This document shows, piece after piece, positions 8,429 to 18,722 of a stretch of 43,797 nucleotides of DNA. The stretch comes from Microcoleaceae cyanobacterium bin_387 (lineage in GTDB: Bacteria > Cyanobacteriota > Cyanobacteriia > Cyanobacteriales > Microcoleaceae). A program made the position numbers and the translations under genes. The DNA is taken from the NCBI GenBank assembly GCA_037440985.1, contig JBBITB010000001.1, positions 1 to 43,797 on the forward strand, given 5' to 3'. Positions within the stretch are counted from its first letter, which is position 1; the number at the start of each line of letters is the position of its first letter. The notes below the pieces were generated by a model that was given only the letters and a program-made list of their open reading frames with translations, ran no database searches and had not been told where the DNA came from.

Positions 8429-10465
8429 TTAATTATCTGTTTTGGGGAGAAATATGGAAAAAGTGGTTTGGCCGGGTTGGCTATCTACTTCTATTTTCCC
8501 TCCATGTTTATCAATAATTTTCTTGACAATTTGTAAACCTAAGCCACTACCTTCCCCTGCTGGTTTAGTGGTAAAATAAGGTTGAAAAATTTTGGGTAAA
8601 ATCTCTGGGGGTATTCCTTTACCATTATCAATAACACTCACTATTATATTTTCCTCTTGCTGAGTTACCTCTATTTTCAAAATTCCTTGATAGTTCATCG
8701 CGTGTAAGGAATTATGGAGTAAATTTGTCCAAACTTGATTGAGTTCATCGGGATAACATAAAATATCGGGTACGTTGGGGTCATAATATTTGATAATTTC
8801 AATGCCATGCTTCAGTTGATTATGATAAAGGGTTAATACTGTTTCAATGCCTTCACGAATGTTTGCGATTTCTTTTTGCTCTGAATGATTCCGTCGGATA
8901 AATTTTTTTAAGGCTAATACGATTTTTGCTGCTCTTTCTGTGGCATTAATAATATTTCGGGTACTTTGCTGTAAACTGACTAATTCATAAACTCGTTCGA
9001 GTATATTGAGGCTGTTTATATCTTGAAAAAAACGCCCGTACTTTTGCTCGTCCGATATTTCATAAATACCCATGTCAACAAGCAGTTCTGCGATTTCGTC
9101 ACTTTCGGTAATATTTTTTTCTTCTAAAACTGTAATTAATTCGCGTTTTATCTGTCGTTTTTCTTTGCTGGATAAATTATTATATTCAGTTTTTGCTTGT
9201 TTCAATAAATATTGAAACACTTGATAATTTTCCGCTGAAATGTCACGAAAAAAACTAGGTAAATCTTGGGTGATTGAACTTAAAATATTATCAATGTTGT
9301 GGACGGAAGAACGCAACGCGGCTAAAGGATTATTGATTTCATGGGTTACTCCTGCAATCAGTTGTCCAAGGGCAGCCATTTTTTCAGAGTGGATTAAGTC
9401 TTGTTGTGTGCTTTGGAGATGCTCCAAAGTTTGTTGTAATTCTTGATTTTTTGATGCTAAGATGGCGTTGGTTTCTGTTAGTTCTAATGTGCGTTGTTTA
9501 ACTTGTTCTTCTAATAATTTATTAAGTTCGCGTAACTTTTCTTCTGCAATTGCACGTTGTTTTACTTCCTGTTCCATTTGGGAATTAACCGTGATTAATT
9601 CTTCAGTTTTGGCGTTGATGCTTTGCTGTAAAATTTGCACCGTTGTGTACATTTCTATGGGATCTAAAGCATGGAGAATACTGGTTTGGGTCAAAATTCC
9701 GGCTAAATATCCCTTTTGATCAACTACTACTAAGCGACGAATATTATTGTCTTGCATTATTTGATGGGCTTGCCAGAGAGTAAAATCCAGTTTCGCGGGT
9801 AACAATGGACTACTCATTACTTTTTCGGCTTGAGTCTGATGCAGATCCATTTGGGAGAGTTTAAATTTGACGATATCTCTTTCTGTAATAATGCCCAGGG
9901 GGATGATTTTTCCATCATTTTTGGTTTCGCCAATAACGATACAGCTTTTACGATGGATAGTCATTTGTTGGGTTACTTCAAAGACAGATAGGTTTTTTGA
10001 GGCTGTTATGACATTTTTCGAGCTGATAATTTCACCTACGCGTCGCATTTTGAGTAAATCCGTGGCTTTGAGGACTTGTCGCACGCTTTGAGGGGTAATA
10101 ATTCCGATGATATTTTTCTCTGAGTCAAGGATGGGGAGGTGACGAATCTGGGAGGAGCGTAGGAGGGATAAAACGGAGAAGATATCCCCGGCTTCTTCTA
10201 GGGTAAGCGCGATGACATTAGTTGTCATTATTTGGGAGATGGGGATACCTTCTAAGGGCATTTGATAGAAGGTAATTTTGACGATATCTCTTTCTGTCAA
10301 AATGCCCAGAAGTTTTTGCTCTTCGCTAATGAGAATATAACTGGAATGATTTTCGCTCATTCGCCCGATCGCGTCTAGTATGGGGGTATTGGGGGAAACA
10401 AGAAGGGGACCACGGGTAATGGCGTTTTCGAGTAAATTAGAGTTTTCTGGAAGAGATTCTGACAT
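8429..10465 (-). CDS. CBS-domain sensor histidine kinase (two CBS pairs, coiled coil, HisKA, HATPase_c)
   Basis: 678 aa. The N-terminal half has four CBS-like units (GILTERDIV, IGIITPQSV, GIITERDIV, GILTQTSIL). The H-box is THEINNPLAAL. The C-terminal ATP-binding motifs are HNSLHA, DNGKGIP, GSGLGL. Confidence 0.8.
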   Translation of the reverse strand: MSESLPENSNLLENAITRGPLLVSPNTPILDAIGRMSENHSSYILISEEQKLLGILTERDIVKITFYQMPLEGIPISQIMTTNVIALTLEEAGDIFSVLSLLRSSQIRHLPILDSEKNIIGIITPQSVRQVLKATDLLKMRRVGEIISSKNVITASKNLSVFEVTQQMTIHRKSCIVIGETKNDGKIIPLGIITERDIVKFKLSQMDLHQTQAEKVMSSPLLPAKLDFTLWQAHQIMQDNNIRRLVVVDQKGYLAGILTQTSILHALDPIEMYTTVQILQQSINAKTEELITVNSQMEQEVKQRAIAEEKLRELNKLLEEQVKQRTLELTETNAILASKNQELQQTLEHLQSTQQDLIHSEKMAALGQLIAGVTHEINNPLAALRSSVHNIDNILSSITQDLPSFFRDISAENYQVFQYLLKQAKTEYNNLSSKEKRQIKRELITVLEEKNITESDEIAELLVDMGIYEISDEQKYGRFFQDINSLNILERVYELVSLQQSTRNIINATERAAKIVLALKKFIRRNHSEQKEIANIREGIETVLTLYHNQLKHGIEIIKYYDPNVPDILCYPDELNQVWTNLLHNSLHAMNYQGILKIEVTQQEENIIVSVIDNGKGIPPEILPKIFQPYFTTKPAGEGSGLGLQIVKKIIDKHGGKIEVDSQPGQTTFSIFLPKTDN

Positions 10466-10594
10466 AATTTATGGTTAAAGTAGTGATGGGATTGGCGGGT
10501 GTTTTTGATCCTTGGATATAGTTGAGATTATTTCCCTGAGAAACTAGGTTTCTTGACAGATAGTAACCTCGATAATTAATCGTGGAAATTGCAG

Positions 10595-10622
10595 AAACCC
10601 GGTTTTTGGAAAAAACCGGGTT
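10595..10622. terminator. Palindromic hairpin aaacccggtttttggaaaaaaccgggtt downstream of the NTPase gene (possible terminator)
   Basis: Perfect 12-bp inverted repeat with T/A runs, 35 bp beyond the stop of the minus-strand gene that ends at 10657. Confidence 0.35.
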
Positions 10623-10656
10623 GATGTGGGGAATTTATCGGTAAGATCCCTGGAGT

Positions 10657-12942
10657 TTAATCGGCTCGCATCCACCGGAAAAAAGACGCGATGGCGCGAT
10701 CAATAAAACTATAGGGTTTTTCCTCACTTAATTTCCGTTGTACTCTTTCACGTTGCCATTCCAATTCTGTAATTAACATTTCTCCCTGTTGATTACGCAG
10801 GACTATTGCTAAATAATCATGGCTGATTTGATAGTAATCAAAAGGTAGAGAAGGGATCACAGAAATAATGCCCGCTTCGCTCAAAATATCGAGGACTAAA
10901 TCCAATTTATTCGCTTCTCCGGCTAAATCAAAGGCAAGTTCATCACGAGTTTTCATGACACGAGAGCCATTTTCATTGGTGAGTAAAAATAACACTAATC
11001 GGGCTGTCCGTTCATTTAGTCTTCCACAGTTGCTAATCACATCATCGAAGAAATTTTTGATCAAAACTCGTTTGGGAGATTCTCCTAATTTGTGGTAATT
11101 TTCTATCGTGGTAATGCCTGACTTTTGCAACTGAGAACCTAACAGTTGCAACGCGATCGGTGCCACCGTATCCATTTCATCCCATAATTCCATCATTACG
11201 CGATCGAGTAATTCGGGATCTAAAATAAATTGGGTGCGATGGGTTAACTTTTCCATCAGATGTCGGGCATGGCTAAATTGTAAATTACCTAAATAATAAC
11301 GAATCTCTTTCGACAATAAATCATTGTTAATACTGTCCAGATTTGTACAGCGTTCACATTCTAATAAATAATGTAACGCGTCACTACGAATTGACAAGAT
11401 CATTTTGAGGGAATCCTGTTGTAAACAAAACTCGAAGAAGTCATAAAATATTCTTCTGGTAGAACGGTTTCTCCCCAAAAAGAAATCCTCGAATTGATCA
11501 AAAATCAGGAGAATTAAATGGTTTTGACTGGTCAACTCTTCGATGGTATTTTCTACATCTTTCACTGATAAAAAGTTCCCTCCCTCTGGAACTTCTGAGG
11601 TAGGAGAATTTCTTTTTAATTGTCTGTATAGGTCTCTTACCCAATCTCTGTAATTACTGACTGTTACCATCACTAAAGGAGTTTCCGTGAACCCCTCTGT
11701 TGATGATTGGGATAAAAGAGGAATTAATCCGGCTTGTAGTAAAGAAGTTTTCCCAACCCCTGATTCTCCATGCAATACTGTCAATTTTTTTTGGGGATCT
11801 TTGACCCGTTCTACTAAGGCATCGACATCGCTGCGGCGACCGGAGTCTTCTATTTCTAGCGCGATCTTCGCGGGGGAAGATTTATTAATAATCAGAGGAG
11901 ATAGGGGCGAAATACCAATAAAAGAATTGCGACCATACTGATATTTAATCATCCTCTCTTTCTGATAAATACGGAAGGCTTCCCGATACTCATCTTGGTC
12001 GAAGTACAGCTTTTGTAAAGCTTTTAATATCTGTAGATAAATCTGTAATTCTTGTTTAGGATCTGTTTTAGCTAGGGCATCTTCCAATTCTTTAACAGTG
12101 GATTGCCATTGATGAAATTCTTGACGAGATTCGGCTACCAGAATAGCATAAGAACTCTGACTATCTGTTTCCTCTAATTGGGATTGGGTTTGAATCGCGA
12201 GTGCTAATTCCGCGAGTTGACTGGCATGAGCCCATTTAGAATTGTGCATCGCGGCTTCTGCTAAAAAGCCATAGTCTTGAGCTAATTGACTTTCGGAACC
12301 ATAGGTGATATGTAAATTTAAGGCTTTTTGGGCGAGACTTTGCAAGTCTTCCCATAAAGATAAATGCTGTAATACTTCTCCCTGTTGATTAATAAATTTA
12401 GAGACTAAATCTTCACGCCCTGCTTCTTGGCAAATGTCTAAACATTGCTGGAAATACTGTTTGGCATCTTTCCAGTGAATTACGGTTTCTTGCGTTGGCT
12501 CTAAAACTCCTAAGCGATAGTGACACAAACCGATATGAAAGAATAAAATTGCTAACCATTCTAATGTAGTCTGTGACACGGAATGTTGTGGAGAACCCTT
12601 GCTTTTTGACTTGGATTCTTTCGGCTGCCAGAATATCAAAGTTTTTTGATAATGAGCTAACGCGTCTTTAATTTCATCGCGACTATAGCACTCTCGCCCT
12701 CGCATAAATTCTAAATTTGCTTTGAGTTGAGGTTCTAATTCATGCTGATGTCGTAGTAAATCGCGAATAACTGCCTGTAGTGTTTGATAATCAATGTCTC
12801 CCAAAATGTCGGAATTGGGGAGAAAAGTGGGTGTCTGGGGATCTAAAATGTTCCCCAGAATCTCTGTAATACTTTGCTTGAGAAAATTCACTAACCCAGG
12901 TGTATCCACGGGTATATATTCTGGTTGGTTTGTATCTGCCAT
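10657..12942 (-). CDS. STAND-class P-loop NTPase (nSTAND/AAA_16-like) with an N-terminal TPR-like helical domain of about 380 aa
   Basis: 761 aa. Walker A is LTVLHGESGVGKTSLLQAGLIPLL near aa 385-410. Walker B is LLIFDQFEDFF about 80 aa later. Both match the GxSGxGKS/TSLLxAGL and hhhhDQFEE signatures of STAND NTPases. After the NTPase there is an alpha-helical region of about 300 aa but no WD40/TPR repeat array. The N-terminal 380 aa are helical and TPR-like. Confidence 0.75.
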   Translation of the reverse strand: MADTNQPEYIPVDTPGLVNFLKQSITEILGNILDPQTPTFLPNSDILGDIDYQTLQAVIRDLLRHQHELEPQLKANLEFMRGRECYSRDEIKDALAHYQKTLIFWQPKESKSKSKGSPQHSVSQTTLEWLAILFFHIGLCHYRLGVLEPTQETVIHWKDAKQYFQQCLDICQEAGREDLVSKFINQQGEVLQHLSLWEDLQSLAQKALNLHITYGSESQLAQDYGFLAEAAMHNSKWAHASQLAELALAIQTQSQLEETDSQSSYAILVAESRQEFHQWQSTVKELEDALAKTDPKQELQIYLQILKALQKLYFDQDEYREAFRIYQKERMIKYQYGRNSFIGISPLSPLIINKSSPAKIALEIEDSGRRSDVDALVERVKDPQKKLTVLHGESGVGKTSLLQAGLIPLLSQSSTEGFTETPLVMVTVSNYRDWVRDLYRQLKRNSPTSEVPEGGNFLSVKDVENTIEELTSQNHLILLIFDQFEDFFLGRNRSTRRIFYDFFEFCLQQDSLKMILSIRSDALHYLLECERCTNLDSINNDLLSKEIRYYLGNLQFSHARHLMEKLTHRTQFILDPELLDRVMMELWDEMDTVAPIALQLLGSQLQKSGITTIENYHKLGESPKRVLIKNFFDDVISNCGRLNERTARLVLFLLTNENGSRVMKTRDELAFDLAGEANKLDLVLDILSEAGIISVIPSLPFDYYQISHDYLAIVLRNQQGEMLITELEWQRERVQRKLSEEKPYSFIDRAIASFFRWMRAD

Positions 12943-13155
12943 TGCCCTAACCTACTTTTGACAAAACTGTTAATATAATCATTTTAGATTGTAGATTTAA
13001 GATTAAGCCCAGAACTTTCTGTCGCACTACTCTCAAATCTTGTCTCCAAAATTTTTTCTTCTTCATCAAGAATTGATGTTTTGGCCGATTTCACCCGAAA
13101 TCTAGCTTGATGGAGCTTGACTGGGCAAGTATTTTGGCTTATTTCTTCTCTTGAT

Positions 13156-13791
13156 TTATTTGGTTCCGTAGAGGCGATCACCTGCATCTCCTAATCCTGG
13201 TATTATATACCCATATTCGTCGAGATGTTCATCAATGGCCGCGGTATAAATTGGGACATCGGGGTGTTGTTCATGGAAATGTTTAATACCCTCTGGAGCG
13301 GCCAATAAGCATAAAAACTTAATGGATTGAGGACTGACTTCTTTGAGTCGATCTACGGCCGCGATCGCGGAGTTTCCCGTTGCCAACATCGGATCGACAA
13401 TTAAAACATCCCTTTGATCAATATCATAGGGCAGTTTAAAATAATATTCTATCGTGAGCAAGGTGGTGGGATCTCGGTATAATCCGATATGTCCGACACG
13501 CGCAGAGGGTATTAATTCTATGATACCATCTAAAAGTCCCTGACCCGCCCGCATAATCGAAACTATTACCATTTTCTTTTCCGTTGCTAAGATGGGGGCA
13601 TTCATTGTCGCGACTGGAGTTTCTATTTTTTCATATTTTAATGGTAAATCTCTGGTGACTTCATAAGCTAGTAACATCCCTATTTCTTTGAGCAATTGTC
13701 TAAAAAGCGCGGTACTTGTTTTCTTTTGCCGTATCAGGGTTAATTTATGTTGTACTAAGGGATGTTCAATCACGGTTACTTGATTTTTCAT
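13156..13791 (-). CDS. upp: Uracil phosphoribosyltransferase
   Basis: [21 protein letters not shown]..., MRAGQGL, and the PRPP-binding loop [13 protein letters not shown]. The start is the ATG at 13791, which aligns with the E. coli Upp N-terminus. The ORF track extends to 13818. Confidence 0.85.
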   Translation of the reverse strand: MKNQVTVIEHPLVQHKLTLIRQKKTSTALFRQLLKEIGMLLAYEVTRDLPLKYEKIETPVATMNAPILATEKKMVIVSIMRAGQGLLDGIIELIPSARVGHIGLYRDPTTLLTIEYYFKLPYDIDQRDVLIVDPMLATGNSAIAAVDRLKEVSPQSIKFLCLLAAPEGIKHFHEQHPDVPIYTAAIDEHLDEYGYIIPGLGDAGDRLYGTK

Positions 13792-13856
13792 TCTCTTTGA
13801 GATTTGAGGTTTTCGCATTGCTCAACGCGATCGGATAATAACACATTCTGTCTTTG

Positions 13857-15101
13857 TTAAAATACTGTCCCATCACTTTCCATCGGAAGGGGGGGAATGC
13901 CCCCTTGTCTTAATTCCTGGGCTATTTGTCGTCCGGCTTGCCAAGTTCCCCCTTCTAAAATTTTGACTATTGGTAATTCTGACTCATTTAAATTTAATTT
14001 CTCGCGGATTTTTTCGGCGATTTTATCTAATAAAATTACCGTTAAGGCTCGCCATTCTACTATTATTTCCGAAGAGGGCGAATGACTTATTACTAACTGA
14101 TTCGGATCTGAGATTTGTATTAATCCCATATCCATACATAAACCTCCATTACGATATTCTGGTAAACCGGTTAATTCTTCTAAGTTCATCACCTCTAATC
14201 CCATTTCATTTAAGGGTTCTACAAGAGAGTAGGTTAACCATTGTGATAATTTATGAAAGGGAATATATTCATCAGCAATGTTATCACTTTTTAAAGGGGA
14301 ATATTTGCCAATATCTCCTAATTTGACACCAAATAGTTCAAAACTTCCTGGCCAAATTTCTCCAAATCCTTTTAAGATGGCATTTAAGACTTCTGAAGCA
14401 CGAATCGTTTTGAGTCCCGAAAATCTCGTTTCTTGTAAATGACGGGCTAAATAACCCGGACGTGGGTTTTCTTCATTGCCAAATAATAAGGGATATTCTC
14501 TTAATACTCTACCCAGATTTTGTAATAATTTTAGTCGTCCTTCTAATCCAATGATTTGATTTTCTGAATTTATTTGAAATCCCTGGGTAAGTTTTTCTAG
14601 GGTGAATTTTTGTAATTTTTGGGCATCTACTTGATAGGGAAAATCGGGATTACTGGAAAAATATCCTTGACAAAACATTCGGAATGTGCTAATAGCTAAT
14701 CCTTCAGAACGATGATAAGTATTACCGGATTCTTTTTCGTAATATTGCCAATTGGGTCCGGCTCCGGCATCGAGTAAAACGCTAATAATGACTAAATCAA
14801 ATTTAGATTTAGCTCGGTCGATCGCGCTCAGATGTGCTAAGGCTTGATGAAGTTCTTGAAGTCTGGGGATATGATCAATTTCAAAGTGTCGCCAACGACT
14901 ATGAAAGGGTATTTCTAAACTGGGATATTGTTGTTCTATGATTTTGATGACATAATCGGTTGTTTTGTCTAATTGACTTAAGTCCAGTTGAAAGTATTTT
15001 AGTCGATTTTTCTCGCCTAATTGAAAGACGCGATCGCATTGTTGTCTAATCGCGTGGGGACTTCTCAAATAGGCAATTGTTTCTAATTCTAAATTGTTCA
15101 T
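13857..15101 (-). CDS. Conserved hypothetical protein of about 414 aa, possibly DUF1688 / URC4-like family
   Basis: The full-length ORF is tightly linked to upp, 38-65 bp upstream on the same strand. Its size and the fungal/bacterial URC4-URC6(upp) linkage suggest DUF1688. The family assignment comes from memory and is not verified. Confidence 0.5.
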   Translation of the reverse strand: MNNLELETIAYLRSPHAIRQQCDRVFQLGEKNRLKYFQLDLSQLDKTTDYVIKIIEQQYPSLEIPFHSRWRHFEIDHIPRLQELHQALAHLSAIDRAKSKFDLVIISVLLDAGAGPNWQYYEKESGNTYHRSEGLAISTFRMFCQGYFSSNPDFPYQVDAQKLQKFTLEKLTQGFQINSENQIIGLEGRLKLLQNLGRVLREYPLLFGNEENPRPGYLARHLQETRFSGLKTIRASEVLNAILKGFGEIWPGSFELFGVKLGDIGKYSPLKSDNIADEYIPFHKLSQWLTYSLVEPLNEMGLEVMNLEELTGLPEYRNGGLCMDMGLIQISDPNQLVISHSPSSEIIVEWRALTVILLDKIAEKIREKLNLNESELPIVKILEGGTWQAGRQIAQELRQGGIPPLPMESDGTVF

Positions 15102-15265
15102 AACAAGTCAATATACCTGATATTATGGTAGTGTTTTTTTATTTTTTAACCACAAAGGCACAGAGGACACAGAGGAAAGAAATCTCGTATTACCATAAAG
15201 GCACTAAGGTACGAAGAAAGGAAAGAAAAGAGAGGGAAAATGTGGTAAATCCACCGGTTTTCTGA

Positions 15266-15376
15266 GGGAGCATCTCCTAATTGTAAATTGGTAATGGGAG
15301 CGTCTCCCTCCCTAGGGAGCTAATAGGGAGCGAGATGCTCCGACTACAATTTTTTGGGCAAATTTGAAATGCTCCC
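15266..15376. repeat. Dispersed intergenic repeat, family A copy (gggagcatctcc ... ttgtaaattgg ... gggagcgagatgctcc)
   Basis: Shares ttgtaaattgg plus the gggagcgaga(c/t)gctc core with 19446-19526. It is preceded at 15153-15215 by accacaaaggcacagaggacacagagg, which recurs at 31110-31150. Confidence 0.55.
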
Positions 15377-15582
15377 GTTTCTGATGGTAGGTAAACCATT
15401 AACTTGAGTCGTTAACAAAAGAAACCTGGTTTCTCGGCCTCTACACTTGGTGGGTTGACTTGATGGGAAAAGTCATCAAATATTGATTATGGCACGATCG
15501 CGAGCCAAAAAAGGTCATGATCGCGAGAAGTTTAGTCTACAATAAACAAAAGTTTTTTGACAGAAAAGATCAGGAGCAATTT

Positions 15583-16836
15583 ATGAGCCCAGAAACCCTA
15601 GTAAAAACACCTACGACACAGGAGGTATCAAATCCCTTTAGTGCGGAAAGCTTCAATAGTCATGTAATGACAACTTATGGACGGTTTCCCATTGCCCTAG
15701 AAAAGGGGAAGGGCTGTCGTGTCTGGGATACAGAGGGACGGGAATATTTAGATTTTGTCGCGGGAATTGCCACTTGTACCCTGGGGCACGCCCATCCCGC
15801 GATGATTGAAGCGGTGACGCGACAAATTCAAACCCTTCATCATGTTTCTAATCTTTATTATGTCCCTGTTCAAGGGGATTTGGCACAATGGTTGACGGAG
15901 CATTCTTGTGCGGATAAAGTTTTCTTTTGTAATTCTGGCGCGGAGGCTAATGAAGGGGCAATTAAGTTAGCCCGGAAGTATGCCCATGAAAAGTTAAATA
16001 TTGAAAATCCTGTCATTATTACTGCTCTTGCTAGTTTTCATGGTCGCACTTTAGCGACTATTACGGCTACGGGACAACCGAAATATCAAAAGGGTTTTAG
16101 TCCTTTAATGCCCGGTTTTCATTATGTTTCTTATAATGATATTGATGCTTTAGAAAACGCGATCGCGGATTTAGATAAAAATGAGCGTCAAGTTGCCGCG
16201 ATTATGTTAGAAGCGTTACAGGGAGAGGGGGGAGTACGTCCGGGTGATGTGGCTTATTTTAAACGGGTGCGAGAAATTTGTGATGAAAAGGGGATTTTAT
16301 TAATCCTTGATGAAGTGCAAGTCGGCATGGGGCGCAGTGGGAAATATTGGGGTTATGAAAATTTAGGAATTGAACCGGATATTTTTACTTCAGCTAAAGG
16401 TTTAGGAGGGGGGATTCCCATCGGTGCAACCCTTTGTAAGTCATTTTGTGATGTGTTTGAACCCGGAAGTCATGCCAGTACCTTTGGGGGAAATCCTTTC
16501 GCGTGTGCGGTAGCTTTGGCCGTTTGTCAAACTTTAGAGAAAGAAAATTTGTTAAATAATGTTCAGGAACGCGGGGAACAATTACGGACAGGTTTACACG
16601 CGATCGCGTCTCAATATCCTGATCTTATTGCTGATGTGCGGGGATGGGGTTTAATTAATGGGATGGAGATTAAAGAAGATGTCGCGTTAACCTCTTCTGA
16701 TGTAGTTAATTCGGCGATTAAAGCAGGAGTGTTATTAGTTCCCGCGGGACCCAAGGTGTTACGTTTTGTACCCCCTTTAATTGTCACGGCAGCAGAAGTT
16801 GATGAAGCCTTAAATGCCGTTGAAAAGGCATTGTAG
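15583..16836 (+). CDS. argD: Acetylornithine aminotransferase (class-III PLP aminotransferase)
   Basis: Key motifs are GRFPIALEKGKGCRVWDTEGREYLDF, LILDEVQVGMGRSGK and the PLP lysine context FTSAKGLGGG. ATG 15583 has the SD caggag. The ORF track begins at 15517. Confidence 0.85.
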   Translation: MSPETLVKTPTTQEVSNPFSAESFNSHVMTTYGRFPIALEKGKGCRVWDTEGREYLDFVAGIATCTLGHAHPAMIEAVTRQIQTLHHVSNLYYVPVQGDLAQWLTEHSCADKVFFCNSGAEANEGAIKLARKYAHEKLNIENPVIITALASFHGRTLATITATGQPKYQKGFSPLMPGFHYVSYNDIDALENAIADLDKNERQVAAIMLEALQGEGGVRPGDVAYFKRVREICDEKGILLILDEVQVGMGRSGKYWGYENLGIEPDIFTSAKGLGGGIPIGATLCKSFCDVFEPGSHASTFGGNPFACAVALAVCQTLEKENLLNNVQERGEQLRTGLHAIASQYPDLIADVRGWGLINGMEIKEDVALTSSDVVNSAIKAGVLLVPAGPKVLRFVPPLIVTAAEVDEALNAVEKAL

Positions 16837-17041
16837 GAGCGGGTTCACCGAAATTTCTCCCACCCACAAATAACCTCCATAAACCCGCCCCAAACTAAGG
16901 ATGAAACGGGGTGGGTTTTCCGCCTTGTCTGTTTGGTAGCACAGATATTGGTGAACCTGCCCCGACATTCTTTTCTCTGTCTCCTTTTTGGTGATACTTT
17001 TACTAAAAGTGATATTTTTGTCAGTTTTTCGGCAAATGATA

Positions 17042-17923
17042 TTACCAACTTTGTTCTTGCATTGCTAATAATTCAGGAACCGTTACAAAGTGATAACCTT
17101 GCTCTTTTAATCCCTTAATCATATCAGGTAACGCGGCAATAGTACGAGCGCGATCGCCTCCTCCATCGTGCATTAAAACAATCGCACCCGGTTTCGCTCC
17201 TGTTACAACATTTCTGGTAAAAGCTTCCGGTTTTGCCTTGGGATCTGTATCCGCGGAAGTTAAAGACCACATGATAATACCATATTTTTCTTGTTTGGCA
17301 ATTGACGCGACACCATTATCTAATATCCCACCAGGCGGACGAAATAAAAATGTTTTAACTCCTGTAGTTTTATAGATTAATTCCGCATTTCGATTCACTT
17401 CACTCGCGGCTGTGGCTTGATCCATTGAAGCATAAGAATGACTGAAAGTGTGATTGCCGATCGCGTGTCCTTGGGCGACGACTTTTTTCGCGATCTCAGG
17501 AGACTTTTCTACGGAGGTTCCCACCCAGAAAAAAGTCGCTTTCACATTATTTTTCTGGAAAATATCTAACATGGCTTCTGTCGTTTTTGGCCAGGGACCA
17601 TCATCAACCGTTAAAGCAATTACTTTTTCAGGATTCTTTAATTTTCCTTCATAAATACGCGTCCCTTGTAAAGATTCGGGAACCCGAAAAGTTAGACGCT
17701 CCTCTTGGGGTTTTAAGACTTCAATAAGTTGACTCAATGCCTCATTCAGTTTCAGGCTTGATTCGGTAAATTTACCCACATTCTCTAATGGTGGATTCGT
17801 GGAAATCGTTTTTTCCTTAAGAGATTCGTTCCTCGCATCAAAGGGTTTTTGATTGACCAAAAATACGGCACTCCCTGTAATTAAAGAAAGCGCGATCGTG
17901 CTGATTTTCCATTTGAGTAGCAT
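17042..17923 (-). CDS. Polysaccharide deacetylase (NodB-homology domain) with N-terminal membrane anchor
   Basis: NodB motifs are ALTVDDGPW, ATFFWVG, HAIGNHTFSH and LFRPPGG. The N-terminus is hydrophobic. Confidence 0.8.
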   Translation of the reverse strand: MLLKWKISTIALSLITGSAVFLVNQKPFDARNESLKEKTISTNPPLENVGKFTESSLKLNEALSQLIEVLKPQEERLTFRVPESLQGTRIYEGKLKNPEKVIALTVDDGPWPKTTEAMLDIFQKNNVKATFFWVGTSVEKSPEIAKKVVAQGHAIGNHTFSHSYASMDQATAASEVNRNAELIYKTTGVKTFLFRPPGGILDNGVASIAKQEKYGIIMWSLTSADTDPKAKPEAFTRNVVTGAKPGAIVLMHDGGGDRARTIAALPDMIKGLKEQGYHFVTVPELLAMQEQSW

Positions 17924-18107
17924 GGGTTTGATTATTGACTGAGACTATCCATACAAAACATTATCATAACCATGACGTAAGCGCCATAAACACCCCCACC
18001 AAAGAAACCGGGTTTGTTGGCATAAACGCGATAAAAAACTGGAGTCACCATTAACTCCAGTTTATCTCAAGACAAATAATGTGATTTAAAAAGCAACCCA
18101 TCCCAAA

Positions 18108-18479
18108 TTAATCGGTAACTTCTAAATCAGGATTTTTACAGAAGTCAAATTTTGCGGGTTCAGTCATTGTACCATCCTCATATCCTATTTTAATCCATTG
18201 GACACAAGCTTCGTGATTTGTATGTTCTCCCCAAACCATTTCGTCTGTTGTACCGGGCTGGATCGTTTTAGTGAGAGAAAAATAACCCCAGTCTTGGCCA
18301 TTCTCAGATACTAATACCTGTGTCACAGCGCGAGAGGACTTATTGTCAATTGTAAATTTAAATTCTCTTGCTTGGGCAGAGGTTGTCAAAATTGAGACAA
18401 AACTCATAGTCGCCATTGCCGTAGTTGCCGCAGCCTTTAACAAACTTTTATTCACGATATTCTCCTTATTTGGGGACAC
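18108..18479 (-). CDS. Hypothetical secreted protein (signal peptide ...SFVSILTTSAQA)
   Basis: 123-aa ORF with a cleavable signal-like N-terminus. No recognised domain. Confidence 0.5.
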   Translation of the reverse strand: MSPNKENIVNKSLLKAAATTAMATMSFVSILTTSAQAREFKFTIDNKSSRAVTQVLVSENGQDWGYFSLTKTIQPGTTDEMVWGEHTNHEACVQWIKIGYEDGTMTEPAKFDFCKNPDLEVTD

Positions 18480-18722
18480 AGGGAACCTTGAGCCTTTTTT
18501 TCGGTTCTAACAAAGATATTACTGTAAGTGAATACCAAATCAGGAATTTTATAATATATTTATACTTGTTGGCAATATCTTAGTCTATGATAGATAATAT
18601 CGTTAATTAGGATGTCATCAACAGGACTGAGGCTGATAGATAGCATAACCGGGGCAATACTCCCAAAATCACCCTATAGGTCGACTTAATGCGTAAATTA
18701 TGATCGCAAAGGAGTTAAAATA

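Noticed and set aside
12984-13187. 67-aa ORF between the NTPase gene and upp
   Set aside because: It overlaps the upp 3' end, has no RBS, and has no motifs.
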